In this document: positions 16,811-34,566 of the stretch, piece by piece
Layout: each line of letters starts with the position of its first letter
Position numbering within the stretch: the first letter of the stretch is position 1
Made by a program: the position numbers and the translations under genes
Notes under the pieces: model-generated
Told to the model about the DNA's origin: nothing
What the model saw: only the letters and a program-made list of their open reading frames with translations
Databases searched by the model: none
Source: the human T2T-CHM13v2.0 reference genome, Homo sapiens
Direction: 5' to 3' (one strand)
DNA: 64,000 nucleotides
NCBI RefSeq assembly: GCF_009914755.1
Contig: NC_060934.1

Positions 16811-17378
16811 GATGAGAAATCAGGATGTCCAGAGGCTTATTTGGGTACTTACGAGAAAGCTGGCTCCAGGGGTCCAAGTTAGCTCAGTTCCGGAAGCTCC
16901 CCTTTCTAAAAAGGCCATTTCCCCAACCAGGAAGCTTCCATTGTCACAGTCATGTAGATGTGCTGGACCCCCAGAACTGCAAATGCGTAGAACTGATTCA
17001 CAATGGAACTTCCCTCTGTTTTTGAACATTGGCCAGAGTATACTGTCCACATATGCCCTGTCTAAACTGCAGGGTAAAGAGAAGTCGCAGATGCTATGAC
17101 CTCTAACTCCTCTTTGCTTGTAAGTTACCCCTCCCCCATGAACTTTGTATATTTGCACCAGAGCCAAGGAATGCAAGTGCAAAGGTGAGGAAGGCTTCCC
17201 AGAGGGAATGTCCCAGTTGGTTTTCAAAGGATGGGAAGGATCTTTGTAGGATATACAGGAGTTGACCTACTGTGGCCCTTTGGCAGAGCAGAGGGCCACA
17301 GTGGGTCAACTCCTCTTCATCCTACAAAGTCCAGCTCAAGCTTTCACTTCCTTGTGACCTCCCTGGTGACCACTGAGC

Positions 17379-18075
17379 CCAGGCACAGCCCCTCTCCCAG
17401 AACAGGGTGAGTCCTCCTTCCAGGCACAGCCCCTCTCCCAGAACAGGGTGCGCCCTCCTTCCAGGCACAGCCCCTCTCAGAGAACAGGGTAAGCCCTCCT
17501 TCCAGGTGCAGCCCCTCTCCCAGAACAGGGTAAGTCCTCCTTCCAGGTGCAGCCCCTCTCCCAGAACAGGGTGAGTCCTCCTTCCAGGTGCAGCCCCTCT
17601 CCCAGAACAGGGTAAGTCCTCCTTCCAGGTGCAGCCCCTCTCCCAGAACAGGGTGCGCCCTCCTTCCAGGCACAGCCCCTCTCAGAGAACAGGGTGTGCC
17701 CTCCTTCCAGACGCAGCCCCTCTCAGAGAACAGGGTAAGCCCTCCTTCCAGGTGCAGCCCCTCTCCCAGAACAGGGTAAGTCCTCCTTCCAGGTGCAGCC
17801 CCTCTCCCAGAACAGGGTGAGTCCTCCTTCCAGGTGCAGCCCCTCTGCCAGAACAGGGTGAGTCCTCCTTCCAGGTGCAGCCCCTCTCCCAGAACAGGGT
17901 GAGTCCTCCTTCCAGGTGCAGCCCCTCTGCCAGAACAGGGTGAGTCCTCCTTCCAGGTGCAGCCCCTCTCCCAGAACAGGGTGAGTCCTCCTTCCAGGTG
18001 CAGCCCCTCTCAGAGAATGGGTTGAGCCCTCCTTCCAGGTGCAGCCCCTCTCCCAGAACAGGGTGCACCCTCCTT
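17379..18075. repeat. Minisatellite/VNTR, 41-bp unit, 17 copies
   Basis: Unit ccaggtgcagcccctctcccagaacagggtgagtcctcctt; starts at 17379, 17420 ... 18035. Confidence 0.97.
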
Positions 18076-18844
18076 CTTCCCTCTGGTGCTCTCACTGGCA
18101 TATTCCCCACGGTCACATTTAACAGCCGCCACCTTATTGTCTCTGAGCTAAATGCTTCCTTCTAGACCCCAGGGAATTACTTAAACGTTGGGTGTATGAG
18201 TATTCACTCTCATCCCCAGATCCTAGGACTTTTGCTAGCATCAGGGACTCTGTAAATATTGTTGAAATACTAATCTGATGAGTTTCCTTACTGATCAAAT
18301 GTGGGGGTTGGTCTCGTTCAGAATTTCCCAGTGGTTCACTGTGTAATATTCATTCTTTGCAAAGCTAATGTACTTTACATGAAAAGGGGTTCCATGATTA
18401 AATACGTTTTGCAACTGCTGGGTTAACTTGATTAAGCAGATTTCTTTACCATGATTGCTCATATCTGGAATGTGGTATAGAGTGTTTTCTAAACGTATCT
18501 GAAGACAGAATCCTATTTTCTTGCTGTCCTCCTAAGACAGTGATCCCAGCACATACTTTGCTAATCTCCATCTTAAAGATTCCTCTAGCACCATGTTTAC
18601 CTGCTAAAGGCTCTGTTGCAAATAATTAATCTGCAATAGATTTAAATAAGTAAATTATTAGGTAGAATGACTTTAGATATGACAGCTGGACAACATCCTG
18701 TGGAAAGGATAAGAAAAAGGATCCACTGTGAATTAGTTTCTATTATAAAGACCCTTTTTCATGCTTGATCATGAGCTGGAAATGGCATAGAACATGCTGA
18801 GGCTGGCAATTATCTTCTAACTCCCAACTACAACATTTTTTTAA

Positions 18845-19164
<320 letters not shown>

Positions 19165-19198
19165 TCAATTATTTATGCTTTTTAAAATTGAGAAAAGA

Positions 19199-19484
19199 GG
19201 CTGGGCGCAGTGGCTCACACCTATCATCCCAGCACTTTGGGAGGCCGAGGCAGGCAGATTACCTGAGGCCAGGAGTTTGAGACCAGCCTGGCCAACATGG
19301 TGAAACCCTCTCTAATACAAAAATTAGCCAGGCATGGTGGCGCACACCTGTAGTCCCAGTTGCTGGGGAGGCTGAGGCATGAGAATCACTTGAACCCAGG
19401 AGGCAGAGGTTGCAGTGAGCTAAGATGGCACCACTGCACTACAGCCTGGGTGATACAGCAAGACCCTTTCTCAAAAAAAAAAAA
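19199..19484 (+). mobile_element. Alu (S-type)
   Basis: Dimer with A-tail. Confidence 0.92.
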
Positions 19485-19911
19485 GAACTGAGAAGAAAAG
19501 ACTTAAAGGAAAATTGGGGGAATGATCTACTGTTTTTTAAGAAGGATAGATTCTTTCACTCCCCAATATTAACTGAGTCCCAGTGGAGGTATTCAGAATC
19601 TGTCAGTGAAAAAAACACTTTGTTTTCTTCAGATTAAAACAAAAGTTGTGCTGATAAGTAAGTTTTCCTTGAAATTCCAAGATCTCTTTCAGCCTCATAT
19701 CCTCTGGATGGTTAGTGGACAAAGAGTGCTTTAGTCTGAATCTGCTATATGATCCCCTTACAAAATCATGCTGCGTCTGCGTGGGAAAGACAGAGGTATT
19801 CATTTATTCCTGACTTATTCATTCTACTCTGCTTTTTCCTTGTGAGATGATGATGATTGATGGTGCTGATGATCATGATGATGATGACCGCGATGGTGAT
19901 TCTTATTGTAA

Positions 19912-20198
19912 TTTTGACACAGAGCCTCATGCTGTTACCCAGGCTGTAGTGCAGTAGTGAGATCCTAGCTCACCACACCTTCCAACTCCTGGACTCAAGT
20001 GATCCTCCCACCCCAGCCTCTCAAGTGCCTGGGACTACAGGCGGGCACCACCCAACCCGGTTAATTTTTAAATCTTTTTGTAGAGACAGGGTCTTGCAAT
20101 GTTGCCCAAGCTGATCTTGAACTCCTAGCCTCAAGTGATCCTCCTGTCTCAGCCTCCCGGGGTGCTGGGATTATGGACATAAGCCACCATGCTTGGCC
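19912..20198 (-). mobile_element. Alu (J-type)
   Basis: Antisense dimer with ctcaagtgatcctcc in both arms. Confidence 0.88.
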
Positions 20199-20763
20199 CT
20201 GTGAGATTATTTTTAAATAGACTTAGTGCAATTAATCTTACACAGAGATGCTCTGTGGTGCCATTCATACCCGGAGCTCCCCATGAGACCAGGCTGAAGG
20301 CTCAGCAGAAACCACCTCTTTGCCCAGCTACCTGTGTGCACTCTCCACCTCCCTCAGCACGCTGCAGGTTTCCCCTGAGGGAATCCCCATCTCAGGTTCT
20401 GCTTCCAGGGAAATTGACCTAAGACATGCCCACTTTCTTTTTCTCTGTCCGTTAACCAGCTTTCTCTGTTTACCCAGGTTTTGGCACTCAAATGGCTTGG
20501 GTTTGCAATGGCACCAGTTTGAGATAAATTTTTTAAAAAATCAACTTGCTATAATCTCTGGGTCTCCTGGTTCCAATTTTTTTATAATCAGATTGGGTAA
20601 GTAACAACCACTGAGTTCTGTCTGCCCTGATTGTGCGGCACAGACAAGCGTCTATCAGGAAAAACAGTCTTCAGGGAAGGTGTGGCGGGCGGGGTATGCA
20701 CTCAAGGCATAGACTTGGACTTTTCCATCAGAGTGTGCATGGCTTGAGGTCAAGGATCATGGC

Positions 20764-21055
20764 TTTTTTTTTTTTTTTTTTTTTTGAGATGGAGTCTCTC
20801 TCTGTCGCCCAGGCTAGAGTGTAGTGTCACAATCTGGGTTCACTGCAACCTCTGCCTCCCAGGTTAAAGCGATTCTCCTGCCTCAGCCTCCCGAGTAGCT
20901 GGGACTACATGCGCGCCCAGCTAATTTTTGTATTTTTAGTAGAGACGGGGTTTCACCATATTGGCCTGGCTGGTCTTTAACTCCTGACCTTGTGATCCGT
21001 CCATCTCAGCCTCGCAAAGTGCTGGGATTACAGGTGTGAGCCACCAGGCGCGGCC
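20764..21055 (-). mobile_element. Alu (S-type)
   Basis: T-tail; TSD ggatcatggcttt/ggatcatgccttt. Confidence 0.93.
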
Positions 21056-22019
21056 GGATCATGCCTTTTAATGTCCATACCCAAGAGATTTAATGACACA
21101 CTGTAAGGTTGAGAATGTACTCAGTAAGTGAGTCGAGAAATGAATCTTCCCGTGGCTCACCTCAGCCCATGATCACCCTTCCCTTCTTTGCAGCCCTTGC
21201 TTTTTATAATGGGTACACCACACCATCAAGCATCAGACTATGTCATAGCTTGCATTATTTTCCAGTTCTTTATGTATGTGATGGCCTCATTTCTTTAAAT
21301 TGTAAAACCTCCAAGATTAGCTGAACTCCATTTTCCAAATTAGACACTATGCAACAAGTCATTCATTTTGCTATTTAAAGCATTTATTAAGTGCTGGGAG
21401 CCAGGCAACAGGCTGGATTCTGAAGATTCAACAAGGAACAAGCAACAGTGCCTACCTTCAAGAAATGCACAGTGCCGTGAGGAAGATAAGTCAGTAGCCA
21501 GAAACGTGAAATAAACACTGTGGATAAAGATAAGCTCGGGGTGCTGGGTAAACATGGATGAGGGAATCATAACTCAGATTGCACATTTCACAGGGTTGTG
21601 GTCAGGACTGGATGATATAAACAATCTGGACGTAATAAATATTAAGAATTTTGGACATGGTGTCTGCTCCATAAATATTAGTTCACATAGCATTCTCCTT
21701 CCTTTTTGCCAAACCTTGCTGCAAAGGACCCTTGCTAGAAGATAAACTAAGTGGCTTAAGAGATACTGTTTTTAAGAGCACTGATAGATATAACTGATGT
21801 GATATTTTTAGGCTAGAAATAGGCTATATTGTATTCCCAATACAATATATTGGGAGGCTACATGCCTCCCAATACAATATACAGTATATTGGGAGGCTAC
21901 ATGCCTCCCAATACAGTTTGATCATTCTGAAAATTAGGCAAAAACACCTCTGCACAAAAGGATCTGCTTATCATCCTAATGTGAGCTCTTTTCCTCCCAT
22001 CTCATAACTCTTAGAGGAG

Positions 22020-22210
22020 CGAGTAAGAACATTCTGGACTTGGAGAGACTTGAGTTCTGATCCTGATTCCCTGACAATCTTTCTGATCATGGACAAGTTA
22101 CTTTCCTAAACCTCATTTTCCTCTGCTATCAGTGGGGGAAATAGTACCCACCTCAAAGAATGGTTGTGATGATTCAAGAAGATAACTCATGGATAGATCT
22201 TAGCACACTC
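22020..22210 (+). mobile_element. MIR SINE
   Basis: ggacaagttactttcctaaacctcattttcctc...atagtacccacctcaaagaatggttgtgatgatt. Confidence 0.65.
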
Positions 22211-23742
22211 AATCATTCAACAAATGTTAGTTGAGCACCTGCTCTGTATTGGATGCTAAAGATAGAGCAGAAGAGGAAAAAAAAAAAAAAAACACACAGA
22301 CCAAATTATACCTGCCCTCATCGAGCTTACACTCTGGTGGGGGAGACAAAAAATATATAAGAGAGAGATAAGGATGACTCATAGTATATTTGAAAGTGAT
22401 AAGAGCTAGGAAGGGAAAAGAAAACAAAGCAAAGAAGGATATGAAGTAGAAGGCAGGCACTGAAATTCCTGGAGGGCGAATTATCTGAATAAAGACCTGA
22501 ACAGGTAGTGCCTGGCACAGGTGAATACGCAGTAAATTTTAGCTATTTTACTAGGATATATTTTTGCTCCACTGCTCTGGATTTGGAGCACATTGTGGCT
22601 AACATGTCTTGGAGAATGCTGATTTAAGGTAATGACTTGGAGTTGTCACACTTTGCTAGTGATTAGACTTAACCACCATTCAGATTTCTCATCTGCATTA
22701 CTGGCTGTTCTCATTTTTTCCCCTTTGCGCTCATGAAGGTTCTTTTCTTGAAACAAATACACATCATCCCCCTCTGGGGTGATATTGCTACCAGAGGAGC
22801 TACTACAGCATTTGCTCTTCCATCTTTCATAAGGACCTGTCCCCATAAAAGAAGCACTTGTCTCCCACAATTGTTTCTCATCAGATGCTAAATTACATAA
22901 AAGGATGCCTTGTTCCAAGTGGAGCATGGGGGCCTCTCACTCAAATGTGGTTAGTGCTGCTAATGGGATCTGCGTGGCTTGCATGGAGGGGGAGACCTTT
23001 AGCCTGTCATAGAAGCTGACATTCTAAATAGCAACAGGTTCCAGATAGAAATACCCAGCTGAGTTAACATGATGACACCACAATCCAAGGGGCTGGGAGC
23101 GCAGTAGAAACAGTTGTCCCTGGTGATCAAGGAAGTGAGAAGGATTTTCTTGCATCTATTTTCTCTTTTCTAGCCAGACAAAAATCCTTGAATTCCTAAG
23201 ATGAAACCATTTGATCTGAACTTTCCATCTGCATCTTTTTCTCCTTTTATTCATGCATCTCAAGCTTTTGACCACGTCCTTTCCAGCTCTAATCAATAAG
23301 TTTGCTAAACACCCAGCTGTTAAACACCCAGTTGAGGAAGAGACTGTTTGACCACGTTCCTTCCAGCTCTAGTCAATAGCTGTTTGCTAAACACCCAGTT
23401 GAGGGTGAGACTGAGCTGTGCGATCTTGGGCAAGTTGTGCAAATTGTTCAGGCTTCAGTTGCTTCTTTTTTGACATGGGAATGAGAACACCTAACCAGAT
23501 AAAACATGAGATTCTGTGAGTGAGGATTGTGAGCTCAGCAAAGATTCAATGACACCAAAAATCATCTCTTAAGGGGCTTCTTGTATAGCTGGACAGATAA
23601 TGTTGGCACCTGGATGAAGGGAAAAAGACCACATATGCAATGCTAAGGTATAATGAAAGCAAGGATTCCAAGATAGATGACTCACTACTAATGGCTCAAC
23701 AGTCTCTTCCTGGCATAGCACTAGTATATGACAGTAAGTACA

Positions 23743-23745
<3 letters not shown>

Positions 23746-23780
<35 letters not shown>

Positions 23781-23784
23781 TGTG
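23746..23784. repeat. (GT)n microsatellite
   Basis: Direct reading. Confidence 0.95.
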
Positions 23785-24349
23785 TTGGACAGATAAATCA
23801 ACTGTGGCATATCCCTACAATAGGATACCAGGGAACAATGGAAATGAATGATCTACAGCTTCATGTGAAAGCATGAATGAAGATTTTTAAAACCAAGGGA
23901 AAGATATCTGGGTTCAGCTGAAGCGCCAGCTTGTTCCACCCAGAGAAGCCCACTTTGTGAGAATTAACAGGAAGGAGCTTGAGCTGCCTGAACCTCTTCT
24001 CTGTGAATTCATGGCATAATGGGTGTTAAAAAAATAAAAGACCTCTGGACTGTAAAAATGTTTTTCTTCATTGAGTAGAAGTGTGGTGTCATCTCCCGCA
24101 AAGAAATGTTTAAAGCAAATTTCAATCATGTCCAAAAAAAAAAAAAAAAAAGATCTGATTCTATTTATTCAGCCTATGAGATGAACAGAAGCAAATGTAA
24201 AACCAGCAATTCAATAAACAAGAGAGAGAAGGAGAAATAAATCGAAAACAAAACAAAAATCTCCCACTCACAAACCAAAATTCTAAGGACACACAAACCA
24301 TCTCAGGCTAAGAAAAACCCAAAAAATTCAGAACTGAAATTCCCTTTCA

Positions 24350-24950
24350 GTTGAGTTCACTAAAGTTGCTGTATAGAATATTAGAATATTAAAAAAAGTA
24401 GAGTCTCAGTAATAATGAACAAAACATAACAGAAAAAAGATAGTAAAAAATTATAAAGCATTTAGAAAACATTTAACAAAATACATGCAAGACTTTTACA
24501 GAGAAAAACATAACCTCATTGAAGGACATGTAAAATACACGAATAAATTAAAAATTATATCCTCTTCTGCATAGTCAATAGTATAAAAGAAGTCAATTGT
24601 CCCCAAATTTTTATAAATTTAATTAATACAAATCCAATCAATACCCTAACAAAGTTTTCTCTAGACTTGAACAAGTCTAAATTCATAGTGAAGAATAAAA
24701 TATCAAGAATAAGCAAGACAACTTTGAATAGAAACAATAAGGCAGGAAAATTTCCTTTACCAAGTAACAGGGGTTATTAGATAGTGTGATGACAGCATTG
24801 ATCAGGATAGACGCACACACCGATGAAACCAAATATTGACCTGACGTAGACCTGCACTTGAATGTAAACTTGAAATATGACACGTGGGATGGCCAGTCAA
24901 TGGGGAAAGGATAGACCCTGGGCAATTAGAATAGAATAGGGCAATTTCAC
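24350..24950 (+). mobile_element. Ancient L1M ORF2 remnant
   Basis: A-rich degenerate similarity to L1 ORF2 (aaatccaatcaataccc...ctaaattcat...gaaacc). Confidence 0.5.
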
Positions 24951-25083
24951 TGGCCCACATGTGCATTCCACATCATTGCACACTTGTCAGATTAGCAATC
25001 ATGAAAAACACCACTGCATGTTGTCAAGGTGCAGAGCAGGGATGAATTTCCTATGCCAGGAGTGGAAGCTAGCGCTAACACTT

Positions 25084-25258
25084 TGTGTGTGTGTGTGTGT
25101 TTAGATGTAGAGTCTCACTATGTCGCCCAGGCTGGAGTGCAGTGGTGCGATCTTGGCTCACTGCAGCCTCTAACTCCTGGGCTCAAGTGATCTTCTCACC
25201 TCAACTTCCCAAGTAGCTGGGACCACAGGCAAGCATCAACATTCCCAGCTAATTATTT

Positions 25259-25289
<31 letters not shown>

Positions 25290-25395
25290 GTAGAGATGTG
25301 GTCTCACTGTAGTCTCAAATGCCTGGGCTCAAGTGATGCTCCTGCCTTGGCCTCCCAAAGTGCTGAGATTACACGGGTGACCCACTGCACTTGAA
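25084..25395 (-). mobile_element. Alu (J-type) with a (GT)n tail and long central T-run
   Basis: Antisense dimer sequence. Confidence 0.88.
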
Positions 25396-27410
25396 CCACT
25401 TTGGATAATACTGGTAGTACCGCCACAAAGAAAATTCTAGAGAGTTTGGGGAAAACAAAACATGAACTTTTAAAAGAAAATAAAGGAGAATATGTCTATG
25501 TCCTAGGAATAGATACGTTTTCTTAAACAAGAGAATAAAAGCAAAAACCATAGAGATGTCTTCATTAATATCATTGCCCCTACTATAAGCAGTGGCCAGT
25601 TAATCTCCCACACCCATGCCTTCCACCTGCTGTGCACTCAACCAGAAGCAAAAGCTTTAGTGACTATGATGCCAGAGTGTCAGGATTATTATCCCCTACT
25701 TACCAAGAGCAAAAGGGTCCCTACTGCTTTCAGAGAGGTGGCAATCTGACTGCAAACTCCTAGCTGAGAAGCTGTTTTATAAGCTTCTTGCACAAATTGT
25801 CTTATCTGGGCTTCAAAGATAACAAAGTCTGAGGCAAAGCATATGTGCTAATATTTTATTGTGGAATGAAACATCGAGGCAGCAGGAATAAGGGAAAATA
25901 GACATTGAGGCAGGTAGGGCTGGAAAGCAAATACCAGGTGGTACGTTATAGAGTTGACCTCAGCTTAAGGTTTCTCTCTCAAGGTTTCTAGTCAGGCTAA
26001 ACAAAACTACCATTTTTCAGAATACATCATCCAGGGAAAGGGAAAGGACACTGCTGCTAGCTCCCTCCCATCTCTCACTGATCCAAGCTGGTACCCTGGG
26101 ACACAAATTCTGCTTTACCTGAGAGTGGTGTCACGCAGCCCTTCTGGTTGACTGTTGGGGAAGCCAAATCCTGCACACCATGGTGTGTACTTCATTTGAA
26201 TCTAAGTTTGGTGGGTAGGGCCCAAACTCTCAATGACTTAATTGGATTGGGACTGGTGGCTGAAGTTTCTGCCAAGGTGGATGTGAAGGAGACAATGGTA
26301 GTGGCAGCCAGGATGTTCCAATGAGCAAGTGCTCAAAGGCCCAGGAGTTGATGGTGCCCAGTGATGCTGGGAATCTGGTTCACTACCTCATGCTAACTCT
26401 GCCTAGAATCACACAATGTTTATCTAACATCCAATCCTCCTACCAACCATGTAGGAGTAGCACTATCCACCTCTTACAGAAAAGAAAACTGAGGCTTTGT
26501 ACAACATACCTTGCACGTAGTAGAATGAGTATTTGAACCTAGTAAAAAGTGCAACGTTTGTACTCTTTCTCCTAGCCAATGTACATCTCCTATTCCAAAA
26601 ATTCTAAGCAAAAGATGGCAATACCTATGATAAAAGAAATTTTGGGGTTGGTGGGAAGACATGGTGGTAGTGGTCACTGTGTGTTGATCGGACTTCAGAA
26701 TAACAAAGGAAGAGTTTCCTTTTTACTTATTACTATGATGCACCATTTAGACATATTAGTTATAGAGAACACAAAACAACATACTTTGACACAACAAATG
26801 AACTGCATTAAATGGAATGTGTTATAACCCAGGCTTGGGCTGACAACATAAAAACCTCTTGATGAAACCATCCCCAAGTAAACCTTTGCATCCCATCTAT
26901 TATTTTGATGTTGTATTTTCACCAAACTGATAATATGTCCAGTCTTCACATGGAATCACCCAAGGTCACATTGACATAAACGGCATTTCTTTAAACACAG
27001 TCCTTGAAACTCCAGTAAGCATCATGCTCTTTCACAGACTTGAAATAGTCACAGCACAAACCCCAAGACAAAGGGGAAGTAACTTCCAGTGAACTGAGCA
27101 AACAGCCTCACTAAAGAGCAGAAGAATTAAAAATAGGTTTTCGGTGGTAACATGAAAAGAAATACAGATTTTCTTTCTTGCCTTGATTCATTCAATTTAG
27201 AGGTGCAAAACAGAGTTCAGCTTCCACTCTCTTATATCTTTGGTCTTTCTCTTCTCAAAGATCTTCAGGTGCAAAATTGAAGTACAACCATCCTATTTAC
27301 TCAGCCATTTCACCCTTTATCTATTTGCTTCCGGTGTATTTTGAGGAAATGAACAATATGTTTCCCATTTTGCCCTCTTAGGCCTCATTTTTCCTATTAA
27401 AAAAAGTTTC

Positions 27411-27565
27411 CCAGCCAGATGTGGTGGCATGCCTGTGGTCCCAGCTACTCAGGAGGCTAAGGTGGGAGGATCACCTAAGCCCAGGCGTTTGAGGCTCCAG
27501 AGAGCCGTGATCATGCCACTGTACTCTAGCCTGGGTGACAGTGAGACCCTGTCTCAAAAAAAAAG
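27411..27565 (+). mobile_element. Alu right monomer (FRAM/AluJ-like)
   Basis: Single arm with A-tail; flanking aaaaaagtttcc repeats. Confidence 0.85.
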
Positions 27566-28375
27566 TTTCCATAATTAAAACAAAAGAAAAATTTCTATAT
27601 GTAGAATGTGATTGCCATCAGAGCAAAAATAATATTTAAAGAGAAGTAAATGACTGCACCACTGCACTCTGGGGTGACAGAGCGAGAGCCTGTCTCTAAA
27701 AAGAAAGCAATAAAGTAAAAAACAAGGTGAAGCAAGATACTTGAAATCATCTGGGATGTATGAAAAAAAGAAATCGTTCAACACTCCTCCACCTCCGTTA
27801 CCTCAGTGCTTTTTCTCCTCTTCTCCCTCAACTCTGTCCCTAGGAGATGCTTTCCTTCTCCCTTAACCCTGTCCCTAGGAGACGCTACCTGAACCTGTGG
27901 TGACAGAGGAAGGGGACAGGTTCTGCCTGCGAGAGATCCGAGAGATGGGGTAGGATGGCAAAGGTCTCTCTTCCTATCCCAACTTCATTGCCTAAAACCT
28001 ATGTGTGACACTTAAAGAAAAATGATAAATGTAAATGTGGTTATTTAATTATTGCTCTCATAGTAATAAAGCAGTCTTTCTACTAAGGCATCAGGAAATC
28101 CCAGAATAACGGAAATGATTGAAAGTGGGAGGGCTAGAGGTAGTTGTGTGAGGATACACGAGAATGTTTTAACAACTAAAAAGAATAAACACAAGTTCCT
28201 CGACCAGAAAGTTCCATTCTGGAGCTAGGAGGTGACTCTGAGAGGTCACACAGGACTTTGAGAGCCGTGGTCGTTAACAACCTAGAAATAAGGCTTTAGT
28301 GTGTGGCAAAAACAAAACAAAAAATTCAGAACAAAATAACTAATGCAGACGCTAAAGATAATATTGAATGACCTT

Positions 28376-28400
28376 CAACACAAAGACCCAAACACCACCA

Positions 28401-28422
<22 letters not shown>
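28376..28422 (-). terminator. Cleavage/polyadenylation site of SFMBT2
   Basis: Two AATAAA on the minus strand (28422-17, 28411-06) followed by a GU-rich downstream element TGGTGGTGTTTGGGTCTTTGTGTTG (28400-28376); a further AATAAA at 28516-11. Confidence 0.75.
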
Positions 28423-33546
<5,124 letters not shown>

Positions 33547-33687
33547 TCAGTTGGCGTACTGGGCGTAGAAAGCCACTTTGACTCTCTCGATCTGGTGGCA
33601 TAACTTGATGGCAGGCCCCAGCTTCAGCTCCATGCACTCCTGCACCGTCGGAAGGGTCAGAAGCAGGAGTGCTTGGCCGTCAATATC
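33547..33687 (-). CDS. SFMBT2: SFMBT2 last coding exon: [46 protein letters not shown]-stop (SAM domain C-half)
   Basis: Acceptor cctttcttttcctgcAG; IDGQALLLL...KLGPAIK is the Polycomb (Ph/Scm/Sfmbt) SAM motif; TGA at 33549-33547. Confidence 0.97.
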
Positions 33688-33805
33688 CTGCAGGAAAAGA
33701 AAGGCAGGTTAGAGAAGGGGCAGTGTGCACTGGGGTACACAGATGCGTCACAGCAGGCTCCAGTCCGGGGCCAAACATGACAACAGGATGCTCTTGTTTC
33801 ATTCA

Positions 33806-34190
<385 letters not shown>

Positions 34191-34521
34191 ACAAGAGCTT
34201 TTGGCTAAGGGCACTCTGGCTACTCTGAAACTCACATACCTACCCTGGTGGGTAGAAAGAGCTGGAACAGGTGGGTTGCTGCGGGAATTGCTTCCCAAGC
34301 TTATCGCCCCTTGCTGGGAGGGCAAGTCACTCTCCACCCCAGGCAGGGCCAGGTCCTCCCTAAGTGATGCTGAGACTTCATCTGAGCACTAAGCAAAGGA
34401 ATCTCTACTAAAAGACAAGGCTCCCTCAGCTCCCTGCCAAGGTCTGGCATTTCACCATTAGGATGGGTGAGAAGATGCTCAAGACAGATATGCCAACGAC
34501 AGCACAGGTTTCCATAAAGGG

Positions 34522-34523
<2 letters not shown>

Positions 34524-34564
<41 letters not shown>
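34524..34564. repeat. (CA)n microsatellite (~20 units)
   Basis: Direct reading. Confidence 0.95.

Positions 34565-34566
<2 letters not shown>

Noticed and set aside
17344-18116. Repetitive ORFs over the 41-bp array; superficial CRISPR-like periodicity
   Set aside because: Pure tandem repeat with no unique spacers and no cas genes, in a eukaryotic context
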